64,000 nucleotides of DNA from Actinobacteria bacterium HGW-Actinobacteria-7. Its GTDB lineage: Bacteria > Actinomycetota > Coriobacteriia > Anaerosomatales > PHET01. The translations under genes were made by a program, and so were the position numbers. Shown one piece after another: positions 38,035 through 47,949 of this stretch. The notes under the pieces were generated by a model that ran no database searches, was not told the origin of the DNA, and worked only from the letters and a program-made list of their open reading frames with translations. The stretch lies in the NCBI GenBank assembly GCA_002841275.1, contig PHET01000001.1, positions 171,437-235,436 on the forward strand. Direction: 5' to 3'. The number at the start of each line of letters is the position of its first letter. Within the stretch, counting starts at the first letter, position 1.

Positions 38035-39142
38035 TCAATTCCCTCGGATTCTCAGGGCGCAGGGCCGCTTCGCGGCAGAGCGCGACCACTCGCCGGGCCG
38101 CATCCGGCCTGCCCAACGCCTTCGATGCGGCAGACATGGTAGCACGTGATGACGCGTCTTCAAGCAGTGCAAGCAGCTCGTCCCCAAGCAAGTCACCGTC
38201 GAGCTCGGCATCGGGTACGAGCCGCGCCGCGCCGTGTAGCACCATCGTCGCGGCGTTGCGTGTCTGGTGGTCCTCGGTCGCATAGGGATACGGAACCAGC
38301 ACGGCCGGGGCACCCAACGCGGTTATCTCGGCAATCGACGTCGCACCAGCACGCGCAAGGACCACATCGCTCGCCGCTATCGCACCACCCATGTCCTCAC
38401 AGTAGTCTACTATCCGCCATCTTCCATCCGCGTTCCCGCCAGCGGCATTCAGCAGATCTCCGACCGACTCGAACTCAGCCGGCCCGGTCACTTGCACGAC
38501 CACAAGGTCATCAAGCGCCATGAGCCGGTCTCGGATGCCGACCAGAGCCGTGTTGATGTGTCGGGCCCCTCGACTGCCACCGAAGACCAAGAGGAGCCGC
38601 GCCTCGCTATCGATCCCAAGCGCATGCCGGCCCGCCGCACGCGTAGAGGCAAGTACCGCTGCGCGCACAGGGTTCCCCACAAGGACGACACGCTCGGGGT
38701 GCCTGAGTAGCGGCGCGGACTCTTCGTAGGTCACTCCGACCGAGCGGGCCCAACGGGAGAGAATGCGATTCGCCAGACCCGGAACGGAGTTCTGCTCCAA
38801 CAAGACCAGCGGCACGCCGCGAGCCACTGCGGCCAGTCCCACCGGAATGGACACGTAACCGCCGAAACCTACGACAACATCAGGCCGCCGCTCGCCCATC
38901 CAGCGCCACGCCCGAACGGCGGATACCAGTATGAGCACCGTCGATGTCAGAAGTGTCCACGGACGTGACCGGTTGAATCCTGCAGCCTGCAAAGAGCGGA
39001 ACGCGACACCGGCCTCAGGCACCAGTCTGGACTCAAGCCCGTTGGGCGTACCTACGAACTCGACCTCGTCATGCTCCTCGGCGAGTCGTCCTGCCACCGT
39101 CAATGCCGGATAGACGTGGCCTGCGGTTCCCCCGCCGCTCAT
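38021..39142 (-). CDS. murG: UDP-N-acetylglucosamine--N-acetylmuramyl-(pentapeptide) pyrophosphoryl-undecaprenol N-acetylglucosamine transferase
   Basis: The N-terminus reads MSGGGTAGHVYPAL, with a GT28 fold. The start was set at the internal Met. Confidence 0.85.
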   Translation of the reverse strand: MSGGGTAGHVYPALTVAGRLAEEHDEVEFVGTPNGLESRLVPEAGVAFRSLQAAGFNRSRPWTLLTSTVLILVSAVRAWRWMGERRPDVVVGFGGYVSIPVGLAAVARGVPLVLLEQNSVPGLANRILSRWARSVGVTYEESAPLLRHPERVVLVGNPVRAAVLASTRAAGRHALGIDSEARLLLVFGGSRGARHINTALVGIRDRLMALDDLVVVQVTGPAEFESVGDLLNAAGGNADGRWRIVDYCEDMGGAIAASDVVLARAGATSIAEITALGAPAVLVPYPYATEDHQTRNAATMVLHGAARLVPDAELDGDLLGDELLALLEDASSRATMSAASKALGRPDAARRVVALCREAALRPENPRELSDSA

Positions 39143-40313
39143 CAGTACTCTCAAATCGTGTCTCCTTGGACTTCGCGCGCGGGCGCACTGCACGAGGTAC
39201 GAGCATCCCATACTCGGACACCGATAGCAGCAGACCGACGCCGATCATCGTCACCAGCATAGAGGAGCCACCGTAGCTCAGGAACGGAAGCGGTTTGCCG
39301 GTGACCGGCATAAGACCGGTAACCGCCGCCATGTTCAGCACTGCCTGGAAGGAGATCATCCCGGTCACGCCACCGGCCACCAGGCGGCCGTATGGGTCGC
39401 GCGCCCCGGTCGCTATCTTGAACCCGGCCCATGCGAACATCGCGAAAGCCGCAACAACCAGAAGTGTCCCGATGAGACCGGTTTCCTCGCCGATGATCGC
39501 GAGTATGAAGTCGGTATACGCCTCGGGCAGGTAGAAGAACTTTTGCCGGGACAGTCCCAGCCCGACTCCGTCCAGTCCACCACTGCCAAAGGCGAGCAAC
39601 GCCTGTACGCTCTGGTAGCCTTTGTCGCTTGCGTTGGCCCATGGATCGAGGAACCCAACAACACGTTCCATCCGATAGTCGGAGCGAGTCACGAACAGTA
39701 CCGCAACCGGGAGAGCGATTGCGAGGGCGCCGAAGATCCACCGCAGTTGCATCCCTGCCAGAATCAGAACGACCGCCACCGCGGCCACGAGTGTCACCGT
39801 CGTACCCATGTCCGGCTGCTTGATGATGAACGCCGAAGGCACCAGTGTCGCAATCGCCGCCCGGATAGCGAACGTCCTCGTGTCCATCCTGCCACGGTTC
39901 CACTCAACAGCTAGCCCAGCCACCAGCAGGACACACGCGACTTTCGCCAGCTCAGACGGCTGCAGATTCATGATTCCCAGGGGGATCCAGCGTTGCGCCC
40001 CGTGACTCGCGAGACCAATGACCAGAACGACCGACAGAAGCGCGATACAAGCGCTCCAGATCATCCACGCCCTGTCCTTGAGAACCCGATAGTCGATGCG
40101 TGCGACGAGCATCGCGATACCCCAGCCGCCCACCGCGAAGAGCGCCTGCCGTACCAGATAGAACCAGTCAGAGCCCTCTTTGACGCTCGCAGTGATCGAT
40201 GAAGCTGAGTAGACCATGACGAGCCCCAGCGCGAGCAACAGCAAGGCCGTGCCCAACAGGAGGTACCGTGCAGCCACACCTCCCGCGTATTGTCTCCTTG
40301 GTCCACTCACCAT
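39069..40313 (-). CDS. ftsW: peptidoglycan glycosyltransferase FtsW (SEDS family)
   Basis: 10 TM, with SEDS motifs (VMVYSAS, QPDMGT, PVTGKPLPFLSYGGSS). Confidence 0.85.
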   Translation of the reverse strand: MVSGPRRQYAGGVAARYLLLGTALLLLALGLVMVYSASSITASVKEGSDWFYLVRQALFAVGGWGIAMLVARIDYRVLKDRAWMIWSACIALLSVVLVIGLASHGAQRWIPLGIMNLQPSELAKVACVLLVAGLAVEWNRGRMDTRTFAIRAAIATLVPSAFIIKQPDMGTTVTLVAAVAVVLILAGMQLRWIFGALAIALPVAVLFVTRSDYRMERVVGFLDPWANASDKGYQSVQALLAFGSGGLDGVGLGLSRQKFFYLPEAYTDFILAIIGEETGLIGTLLVVAAFAMFAWAGFKIATGARDPYGRLVAGGVTGMISFQAVLNMAAVTGLMPVTGKPLPFLSYGGSSMLVTMIGVGLLLSVSEYGMLVPRAVRPRAKSKETRFESTDERRGNRRPRLSGIDGGRTTRRGA

Positions 40314-41686
40314 TGGCCCTTCTGCGAGAGCGCTGCGACCATTGACTTGAATGCTCGGCCACGCTCCTCGTAATTCTCGAACTCGTCGAATGATGCACAA
40401 CCCGGCGACAGCAGCACCGCATCCCCAGGCCGCGCTAGACCGTCAGCCAGACCTACCGCTTGTGCCAAGGTCGCACATGACTCGGGGCTTATGTCCATCC
40501 CGGAGAAAGCGCCAACAATCTCATCTCGGGCTTCTCCGAACACGATCACCGTGCGCGCGATACCGGCAGCCTGTGTCGCCAACGGACCGAAGTCGCTCCC
40601 TTTGCTTCGTCCACCCAGAAGAAGAATCAACGGCCTGCCCGAGAATGCCTCCATCGCTTTGGAGACCGCATCGGGATTGGTGGCCTTGCTGTCATTGAAC
40701 CACTCGACGCCGGCAACCGAGCCAGCGGGCTCGAGCCGATGCTCGATAGGCTCAAAGCTGCTTAGACCATCACGCAGAGCCCCTGCAGAAACACCCATCG
40801 CATCAGCTGCAGCAGCAGCCGCCAACGCGTTGCTCACATTGTGTGATCCGAGAATCCCTAACGACTCGATAGGAATGAGATCGACGGGTGCTCCGGCAGG
40901 CTGGAGTCGCATCATTCCGTCCACCACCGATGCCCCGCCCTCAAACGACCGGAAGCGGCTCACGCGCACGATAGGGACTCGGCGCTCGACCAGCTCGGGA
41001 ACCTGGAGAGCCGACCCCTCATCGTCCACATCAACAACGGCAACATCGTCGTCGCCGAGATTCGCGAACACCCGGCCTTTGTCGGCAGCATAGGACTCAA
41101 GCGAGCCGTGCCATTCGACATGATCCGGCGTGATATTCAGCAACACAGCGACTCGCGGGTGGAATCGGTCGGTCAGAGCCAGCTGGAATGAAGACACCTC
41201 GGCGACAAGCACCTCGCCATCGGCAGCGTCCATAACAGCCTCTATGGCGGGAGGACCGAAGTTCCCGACGGACCGCGCCGGGATTCCACCGCAGTTGAGC
41301 AGATGAGTGATCAGTGCTGTCGTCGTTGTCTTGCCGTTGGTTCCCGTCACGGCCACCCATGGGCTGTGCGACTCTCGAAACGCAAACTCGATTTCCGAGA
41401 TCACCTCGCCACATACCAAGCGGGCGCTGCTCAACAGCGGCGCGTGTGGGGGGATACCCGGACTTGCCACACACAGATCGAAACGCCCTTCCACTTGGGG
41501 CACGCCGAGTACAACAGCGGCGCCCGCAGCGGCAAGGGCCTCGGCCCTCTCACGAAGAATGGCACTGTCGCCTGAGTCCATCACGGTGACCGAATCGACC
41601 TTCTCGGAGGTCAGCGACAGGCAGTAGCTCGCGGCCGCTTGGCCGCTCTTCCCGAGCCCTAGAATGAGAACCGCGCCCAAGGCCAT
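40307..41686 (-). CDS. murD: UDP-N-acetylmuramoylalanine--D-glutamate ligase
   Basis: VLILGLGKSGQA and VAVTGTNGKTTTT motifs. The start was set at the internal Met to abut mraY. Confidence 0.85.
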   Translation of the reverse strand: MALGAVLILGLGKSGQAAASYCLSLTSEKVDSVTVMDSGDSAILRERAEALAAAGAAVVLGVPQVEGRFDLCVASPGIPPHAPLLSSARLVCGEVISEIEFAFRESHSPWVAVTGTNGKTTTTALITHLLNCGGIPARSVGNFGPPAIEAVMDAADGEVLVAEVSSFQLALTDRFHPRVAVLLNITPDHVEWHGSLESYAADKGRVFANLGDDDVAVVDVDDEGSALQVPELVERRVPIVRVSRFRSFEGGASVVDGMMRLQPAGAPVDLIPIESLGILGSHNVSNALAAAAAADAMGVSAGALRDGLSSFEPIEHRLEPAGSVAGVEWFNDSKATNPDAVSKAMEAFSGRPLILLLGGRSKGSDFGPLATQAAGIARTVIVFGEARDEIVGAFSGMDISPESCATLAQAVGLADGLARPGDAVLLSPGCASFDEFENYEERGRAFKSMVAALSQKGQW

Positions 41687-41690
41687 GCGG

Positions 41691-42686
41691 CTACCCCTTG
41701 AACCGTACGGACTGGAAGAAGAAGGCGGCGAATCCAAGACCCGCCATAATGCCGGTAACGATCCAGAAGCGCACCATGACCTTCGTCTCCGACCAACCGA
41801 TCATCTCGAAGTGATGGTGGATCGGCGCCATGCGGAAGATGCGCTTCCCGGTCAGCTTGAACGACGCCACCTGCAGAATCACCGACATCGTCTCTATGAC
41901 GTAGATACCACCGATCACCAGCAAGAACAGTTCGGTCTTGGTGATCACGGCCATGGCGGCGATCGCCGCCCCCAAGCCAAGTGAACCGGTGTCACCCATG
42001 AAGATGTCAGCAGGGTGGCTGTTGTACCAGAGAAAGCCGATGCACGCTCCAGCGATCGAGGCCCCGAGCAACGAGCTAGGAAGCACGTTCTGGCGAAAGG
42101 CGATACCTGCAAATGCGAGAGCCACGATAGTGACGGTCCCCGCCGCGAGCCCGTCCAAGCCGTCCGTCAGGTTCACGGCATTGCTCATCCCCATGATCAT
42201 CACCGAGACGAACGCCAGATAGAGCCATGGCACTGCAATGCCCGCACCACCGCCCATGGGCAGCGTGGTCGTCAGGACGCCCATGTCTATCCGCGATGTC
42301 GTGAGCGGTATCTGAACCCACGTGGGCACATCCGCCCAATTGACCGCCAGTAAACAGAAGACGACCGAGATGGCAGCCTGTCCAAGCAGCTTGGAGCGCG
42401 GTCGTAGTCCCAACGACCGCTCATGCGCCACCTTCGCCCAGTCGTCGACAAAGCCCAAACCCCCGCAGGCCAAGGTGGCCCCAAGAGCCAGCACACTCGT
42501 ACGGGTTGGCGTTCCGAAGAGCAGAAACGTGAAGGCGACCACCAGGAGAATGAGTACGCCTCCCATGGTGGGAGTGCCCTGCTTGACCAAGTGACCTTGC
42601 GGGCCATCAGCACGCACCTGTTGCCCGATGTTTCGGACGCGCAACAGGCGGATCCAGAGTGGGAAGAGAACGGCGGCCGCCACCAT
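41691..42686 (-). CDS. mraY: phospho-N-acetylmuramoyl-pentapeptide transferase
   Basis: NIGQQVRADGPQGHLVKQGTPTMGG, DDWAKV and NAVNLTDGLDGLA motifs are present. Confidence 0.9.
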   Translation of the reverse strand: MVAAAVLFPLWIRLLRVRNIGQQVRADGPQGHLVKQGTPTMGGVLILLVVAFTFLLFGTPTRTSVLALGATLACGGLGFVDDWAKVAHERSLGLRPRSKLLGQAAISVVFCLLAVNWADVPTWVQIPLTTSRIDMGVLTTTLPMGGGAGIAVPWLYLAFVSVMIMGMSNAVNLTDGLDGLAAGTVTIVALAFAGIAFRQNVLPSSLLGASIAGACIGFLWYNSHPADIFMGDTGSLGLGAAIAAMAVITKTELFLLVIGGIYVIETMSVILQVASFKLTGKRIFRMAPIHHHFEMIGWSETKVMVRFWIVTGIMAGLGFAAFFFQSVRFKG

Positions 42687-44089
42687 GGCGATGACAACCG
42701 CCCCACGACCGATTCGAGTCCCATGACACGGGACGCTTTGACCAACACTGTGTCACCCGGTCCAGCCACATCATCCAACACATCCAGTACTTCTTCCACG
42801 GTCGAACACGAAAAGCGGTTCTGCACAGGCATACCCGCGGCACCGGCGCCATCCCCGATGCGAAGGGCGCGCTCGCCTATGGTCACAAGAACCTCTATCC
42901 CTGAAGCGGCGACCTGTTCGCCCACAATGAAGTGCGCCAGGGGCTCGAGTGAACCGAGTTCCGCCATGTCACCCAAGACGGCGATACGCCGACCCGGTAT
43001 CTCCTGCGATGCGAGCGTCTCGACCGCTGCGGCCATCGACGCCGGATTGGCGTTGTACGCATCGTTGATCACGGTGACGCCATCCGCAGTGACGAATGAC
43101 TCCATGCGCATTCCCGTCATCACAGCTGAATGCAGACCAGACGCGATGTTGCCCAGATCCACCCCGAACTCGACTGCGACCGCACCCGCTGCAAGCGCGT
43201 TGTAGACGTTGTGCCTTCCGGGCGTACCCAGCTCCACCGGCACTTCCGCTCCACCGGCCCTGAGCGTGAAGTGAGCGCACCCGCCCTCGTCGGTCCGCAC
43301 GTTGGAGGCCGACACATCCGCCGTCTCTCCCAAGCCATACAGTCGCACAGGCGCCGCAGACAGACGAGCAAGGTGGGCCGAGTAGCTGTCGTCACCGTTC
43401 AAGCACACACAGCCGCTCTGCGGAATGGCGCCGACCAGTTCACCCTTTGCATCGGCTATCGCCTCTTGAGTACCTAGCAGCTCGATATGACTTGTCCCCA
43501 CGTTGGTCACAAGCCCGTGAGTGGGCCGGGCAATCTCACATAGATGCGCGATTTGCCCGGCTCCGCGCATCCCCATCTCGACGATCAGTACCTCAGTGTC
43601 AGGACCCGCGGAAAGCACGGTCAATGGCAAGCCTATCTCGTTGTTTCGGTTGCCACTTGTCGACACGGTTCGAAACGTCGTGCTGAGCACGGACGCGAGC
43701 AGGTCTTTAGTCGTCGTCTTCCCGCTCGATCCAGTTATGCCGACCACCCGGCAGTTCAGTCCCGCGCGATGCCAGACTGCGACGTCAGCGAGTGCGTCTT
43801 GCGCTTCGTCAACAAGAATGACCGCCACACCTCGGGCACGAGCATCTGCCTCAACGTCACCGAGTTCAGCAAGCGGTCTCGTGACGATCAGCACGTGTGC
43901 GCCAGCGTCTATCGCCGCCCTCAGGTGATCGTGTCCATCAGACTTCTCGCCCGGTAAAGCCAGGAAGGCGCCCCCGACCCGCACATCTCGGGAGTCGATC
44001 GAAAGCCCTCGCACGATGTGCTCACCGTGCCCAAGCACCAGGCTGCCTCTGGTCGCCTCCACGAGGGAATCCGCAGTAGCTCTCAGCAT
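42287..44089 (-). CDS. murF: UDP-N-acetylmuramoyl-tripeptide--D-alanyl-D-alanine ligase with an anomalous 3' read-through; see findings
   Basis: The Mur ligase core (GITGSSGKTTTKD ... GDTVLVKASRVMGLESVV) ends at about 42690. There is no in-frame stop there, and the frame stays open about 400 nt into mraY. Confidence 0.75.
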   Translation of the reverse strand: MLRATADSLVEATRGSLVLGHGEHIVRGLSIDSRDVRVGGAFLALPGEKSDGHDHLRAAIDAGAHVLIVTRPLAELGDVEADARARGVAVILVDEAQDALADVAVWHRAGLNCRVVGITGSSGKTTTKDLLASVLSTTFRTVSTSGNRNNEIGLPLTVLSAGPDTEVLIVEMGMRGAGQIAHLCEIARPTHGLVTNVGTSHIELLGTQEAIADAKGELVGAIPQSGCVCLNGDDSYSAHLARLSAAPVRLYGLGETADVSASNVRTDEGGCAHFTLRAGGAEVPVELGTPGRHNVYNALAAGAVAVEFGVDLGNIASGLHSAVMTGMRMESFVTADGVTVINDAYNANPASMAAAVETLASQEIPGRRIAVLGDMAELGSLEPLAHFIVGEQVAASGIEVLVTIGERALRIGDGAGAAGMPVQNRFSCSTVEEVLDVLDDVAGPGDTVLVKASRVMGLESVVGRLSSPWWRPPFSSHSGSACCASETSGNRCVLMARKVTWSSRALPPWEAYSFSWWSPSRFCSSERQPVRVCWLLGPPWPAGVWALSTTGRRWRMSGRWDYDRAPSCLDRLPSRSSSVYWRSIGRMCPRGFRYRSRHRG

Positions 44090-45531
44090 CGTCCAAGCAC
44101 CTCGCGTGCGACTTCGCGGTCATCGAAATGTATCCGGCGCTCCGCGAACTCCTGATAGTCCTCGTGCCCTTTGCCAGCTATCAGCACGGTGTCCCCGGAT
44201 CGGGCGCTCTCAATCGCCGTCTCAATCGCCCCTCGGCGGTCCACGACGATCTCGTAAGAACCTCCGGTGGCCCTCAGACCGTCTTCAACCTGGAGGATGA
44301 TGCCCACAGGGTCCTCGGTTCGAGGGTTGTCGCTTGTCACGACCGCATGGTCGGCGCCGGTGCCCGCCACCTGACCCATCAGTGGTCGTTTGCCGGGATC
44401 TCGATCTCCACCGCATCCGAAGACGACGATGACCCGACCGGCCGTCACCTCACGAACGGCAGCTATCGCCTTCTCAAGCGAGTCCGGCGTGTGCGCATAG
44501 TCAACCACCACCGAGAAGGGCTGGCCGCAATCGATACGTTGCAGTCGACCCGGTACCTGCGGTGCCGCTTCAAGTCCCTTCACGATTGTGTCAATCCCAA
44601 TGCCGAGCGCCACCGCGCACCCCGCCGCCACAAGCGCGTTGCTCACGTTGAATGCTCCTGCGAGCGGCAGTTCCACCTGTCGGACGCCCTCAGGGGTGAC
44701 CAAGGAGAACGACGCCCCGTCTGCTCGCAGCAACTCGTTGGTGGAATGGACCGCCGCCGCCGAGAACCGCCCAACGGTGATTGCCTCGGCCATCTCGACG
44801 GCAATCGCCGCCCCAAAGGGGTCATCGACATTGATTACCCGTGCCTTCGTATCGAAGTCCGTGAGAAAGCGGCGCTTCACCGATGCGTACTCTGCGAGGG
44901 TGTGGTGGAAGTCGAGATGATCCTGAGTCAGATTCGTGAAGGCTGCAACGGCGAATCTGACGGCATCAACCCTGCGAAGGTCGATGGCGTGGCTCGATAC
45001 CTCCATGGAGCACGCGTCGACGCCGGCTGCTCGCATCTCGGCCAGTAGCTCCTGCACGTCAGCCGACTCCGGAGTGGTACGGCTCGATCCACGGGTCACA
45101 TCGCCGATCTTGGTTTCGACCGTACCCACAACCCCCGTCATGAAGCCTGCCGCGCGGAGAACCGAGTCGAGCAGGTAGGTCGTCGTGGTCTTGCCGTTCG
45201 TGCCGGTGATTCCCACGACCGCGACGTCGCTGCTCGGATCACCGAAGAATCGGGATGCGGCATGAGCAAGCGCGGTGCGAGAGTCCGGTACCAGATACTG
45301 TGGGAGATCGACATCGACCCGGTGCTGCACGACCAGGGCGACCGCCCCGCGTGAGGCGGCATCGCCCGCGAAGTCGTGCCCGTCGTGCGCGAATCCGGAC
45401 ACACAGAAGAACACATCGCCGGGCCGGACTCTGTCGGAACGGTAGGCAATACCGGAAACCGACACGTCCAAGGCACCGGTCGCAACGGCGCCGGTGCCTT
45501 TCAGTAGTTCGATGATAGTCGTCTGGCTCAC
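44083..45531 (-). CDS. murE: UDP-N-acetylmuramoyl-L-alanyl-D-glutamate--2,6-diaminopimelate ligase
   Basis: VVGITGTNGKTTTTYL, DVQELL and the MurE C-terminal DDR..A motif are present. Confidence 0.9.
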   Translation of the reverse strand: MSQTTIIELLKGTGAVATGALDVSVSGIAYRSDRVRPGDVFFCVSGFAHDGHDFAGDAASRGAVALVVQHRVDVDLPQYLVPDSRTALAHAASRFFGDPSSDVAVVGITGTNGKTTTTYLLDSVLRAAGFMTGVVGTVETKIGDVTRGSSRTTPESADVQELLAEMRAAGVDACSMEVSSHAIDLRRVDAVRFAVAAFTNLTQDHLDFHHTLAEYASVKRRFLTDFDTKARVINVDDPFGAAIAVEMAEAITVGRFSAAAVHSTNELLRADGASFSLVTPEGVRQVELPLAGAFNVSNALVAAGCAVALGIGIDTIVKGLEAAPQVPGRLQRIDCGQPFSVVVDYAHTPDSLEKAIAAVREVTAGRVIVVFGCGGDRDPGKRPLMGQVAGTGADHAVVTSDNPRTEDPVGIILQVEDGLRATGGSYEIVVDRRGAIETAIESARSGDTVLIAGKGHEDYQEFAERRIHFDDREVAREVLGRC

Positions 45532-45572
45532 GTCATCTCCTGGTCAAATCGCTTCGCGAACTCTATCACCGC

Positions 45573-47387
45573 TCAGTCTCGCGGAACGACGTCCGACACC
45601 GGACCGACACCTGTGGTCTCCTTGCTCTTCTTGGCCGGCTTGTTGCCGCCAGTTGAACTCGGGGGAATCTTGAGGTGCGATAGCGCGAATTGGGTCAATC
45701 GCGAAAACGACGGAGCGGCGACGGTGCCCCCGTAGATAGAGTTTCTCGGCTCGTCAATCGTCACGCACACGAGGACCTGTGGATCCTCCGCCGGAGCATA
45801 GCCGATGAACGATCCGATGTACTTGCCCCCTGTGTACCCGCGACCGCCCGACTGGGCTTTCTGCGCCGTACCCGTCTTCCCCGCGACTGAGTAGCCGGAG
45901 ACCTTCGCTTCGGTTCCCGTGCCTTCAGTGACCACGGCTTGGAGCATCGTCGTCACCTGTGATGCCGTGGACTCGGTGATTGCACGCTTGAGAGGCCACG
46001 ACGCTCGCGGCTCGGCCGAGTTGGGAATCTCCAACAGAAAGTGCGGCGTAGGCATCTCTCCTTTGTTCGCGATGCCGGCAACGGCGCGCGTCAACTGAAC
46101 AGGGGTTACCGATATTCCCTGGCCAAACGGGATGTTGCCGATCGACGACGGTGACCATTGGTCGGTCGGCGGGAGCCACCCCTTTGCCTCGCCGGGGAAA
46201 TCGATACCGGTCTTCTCGGTGATTCCGAATTTCGCGAAGGACTCGTAGAGCGACTCTTCGCCAAGCTTCAACCCGAGTTTCACTGTGCCGACATTGCTCG
46301 AGTGAGTCACGATCTGGCTCAAAGTCCACTTCACCGCTGCGCGGTCGTGCGACTCGTGTATCGTCCGGTCTCCCACTCTGATAGTGGAGGGCAGGGAGAG
46401 CTTCGATGAGGGCGTGTAGAGCCCCTTCTCAATCACCGCTGACGCGGTGAGACATTTGAGCGTGGAGCCAGGTTCGTACGCGTCGGTAACCGGCCGATTT
46501 CGAATCTGCGCGGCCTTGGCCTTGCCGTACTCATTGGAATTGAACCCCGGCGCTGTGGCCATGGCGTAGATCTCGCCGTTCTTGGGATTCATGATGATGA
46601 CCGAACCGCTCTTCGCTCCCCACTTCTGCACAGCCGCGGCGATCTCGACCTGCGCTTCGTACTGGATGTCCTTGTCGATGGTCAACGCGATGTCGTGGCC
46701 ATGGACGGGCTCGATCACCTTCTGGATACCACCGGGAATGGGATTGCCCCGCGGATCGCGCTCGCCCAAGACGACTCCCGGCGTGCCCTTCAGGGTCTCG
46801 TCATAGAACGATTCGATTCCTGCGAGGCCGTTATCGTCGACCCCCACGAACCCCAGAACCTGACTCGCTAGCTCGCCTGAGGGGTAGAGGCGGCGAAAAT
46901 CGTCGAGGAACCCCACGCCATCCATATCGAGCTTCTCGAGTGCGTTGGCCCTGTTCAAATCCACCTTACGGGCGATGTAGACGAACCCAGTGTCCCGGTG
47001 GAGTTTCTCGAGATACTCCTGGACATCTCCTCCGAGGGTCTGCGCAAGCGCCTGGGCGGTCGCCGTTGTCTCGACGATCTGATTGGGCGACGCGAACACC
47101 GTGCGAGCCTCAACGCTGACCGCAAGCGGCTCACCTTCGCGATCGTAGATCGTGCCTCGGCGTGACGGCAACTCGATATCACGCAAACGCTGTGAGGTCG
47201 CTCTGGCTGCGTATTCGTGCGCCACGACCGCCTGCACCCACACCAGTCTCGCAGCGATGACTGCGAAGCAGAAGAAGATCAGCGTCAACAGAAACGCATA
47301 ACGGCCATTGCCGTGCCGCTTTGGCCGCTTCACGCTCACACGCCCTCCTCGACGCAACAATGTGTCACTTCGGGCTTGCCAGGCCAA
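45573..47387 (-). CDS. ftsI: penicillin-binding protein (FtsI/PBP3-type class B transpeptidase)
   Basis: An N-terminal TM, a PBP dimerisation domain, and transpeptidase STLK/SSN/KTGT motifs (GSTLKCLT, SSNVGT, KTGTAQ). Confidence 0.85.
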   Translation of the reverse strand: MAWQARSDTLLRRGGRVSVKRPKRHGNGRYAFLLTLIFFCFAVIAARLVWVQAVVAHEYAARATSQRLRDIELPSRRGTIYDREGEPLAVSVEARTVFASPNQIVETTATAQALAQTLGGDVQEYLEKLHRDTGFVYIARKVDLNRANALEKLDMDGVGFLDDFRRLYPSGELASQVLGFVGVDDNGLAGIESFYDETLKGTPGVVLGERDPRGNPIPGGIQKVIEPVHGHDIALTIDKDIQYEAQVEIAAAVQKWGAKSGSVIIMNPKNGEIYAMATAPGFNSNEYGKAKAAQIRNRPVTDAYEPGSTLKCLTASAVIEKGLYTPSSKLSLPSTIRVGDRTIHESHDRAAVKWTLSQIVTHSSNVGTVKLGLKLGEESLYESFAKFGITEKTGIDFPGEAKGWLPPTDQWSPSSIGNIPFGQGISVTPVQLTRAVAGIANKGEMPTPHFLLEIPNSAEPRASWPLKRAITESTASQVTTMLQAVVTEGTGTEAKVSGYSVAGKTGTAQKAQSGGRGYTGGKYIGSFIGYAPAEDPQVLVCVTIDEPRNSIYGGTVAAPSFSRLTQFALSHLKIPPSSTGGNKPAKKSKETTGVGPVSDVVPRD

Positions 47388-47901
47388 TGCTGCCGACGAG
47401 CAGTACCTGTGCCTCCCCCGCAGTGAGATCCATCATACGGGCGAGCGTGCCATTGGCACCCCGGCGGGCAACAGGCCTGGGCTCACTCAGGTGCGCAGAG
47501 GCCGCGTCGGCATCAAGTCGGAGATAGGTCACCTTGCGAGACGAAGTCATCTGCATGGTGGTACTTGCGATAGCCCTGATCCGAGAAGGTGACCCGAGCG
47601 CGCTTTGGCTCACCTCGAGCATGTCACCCTCGTAGCGTTCGGTCTTGATACTGCTGCGCAGGACATTGGCTTTCATCGAGGCCTCCGCCGCCTGGACAGA
47701 CAGCCACACCCGACCCAAGCCCAGCAAGGACACGACCACCAACAGAGTCGCGAATACAGTGAACAGGTCACGAGCGGCGGCCGCTTGGGCAGCGGTACTA
47801 CGACGCTTCGTAGGGCGAGCGTGCGAGGATCGCACCACAGCGAGGCGTGGCGTAGTGCGCCGAGCCGCACGCGGTTCATGCTTGACTGCTACTGCTCCCA
47901 T
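47365..47901 (-). CDS. ftsL: FtsL-like septum formation initiator (small bitopic protein)
   Basis: A basic N-terminus, one TM (LFTVFATLLVVVSLLGLG) and a periplasmic coiled-coil. It lies in the conserved slot between rsmH and ftsI. The start is uncertain. Confidence 0.6.
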   Translation of the reverse strand: MGAVAVKHEPRAARRTTPRLAVVRSSHARPTKRRSTAAQAAAARDLFTVFATLLVVVSLLGLGRVWLSVQAAEASMKANVLRSSIKTERYEGDMLEVSQSALGSPSRIRAIASTTMQMTSSRKVTYLRLDADAASAHLSEPRPVARRGANGTLARMMDLTAGEAQVLLVGSIGLASPK

Positions 47902-47949
47902 CGCTTTCGCCTCCTCGCTCTTCTGCGCCGCTGAGCTGGCGCCTCGGCC

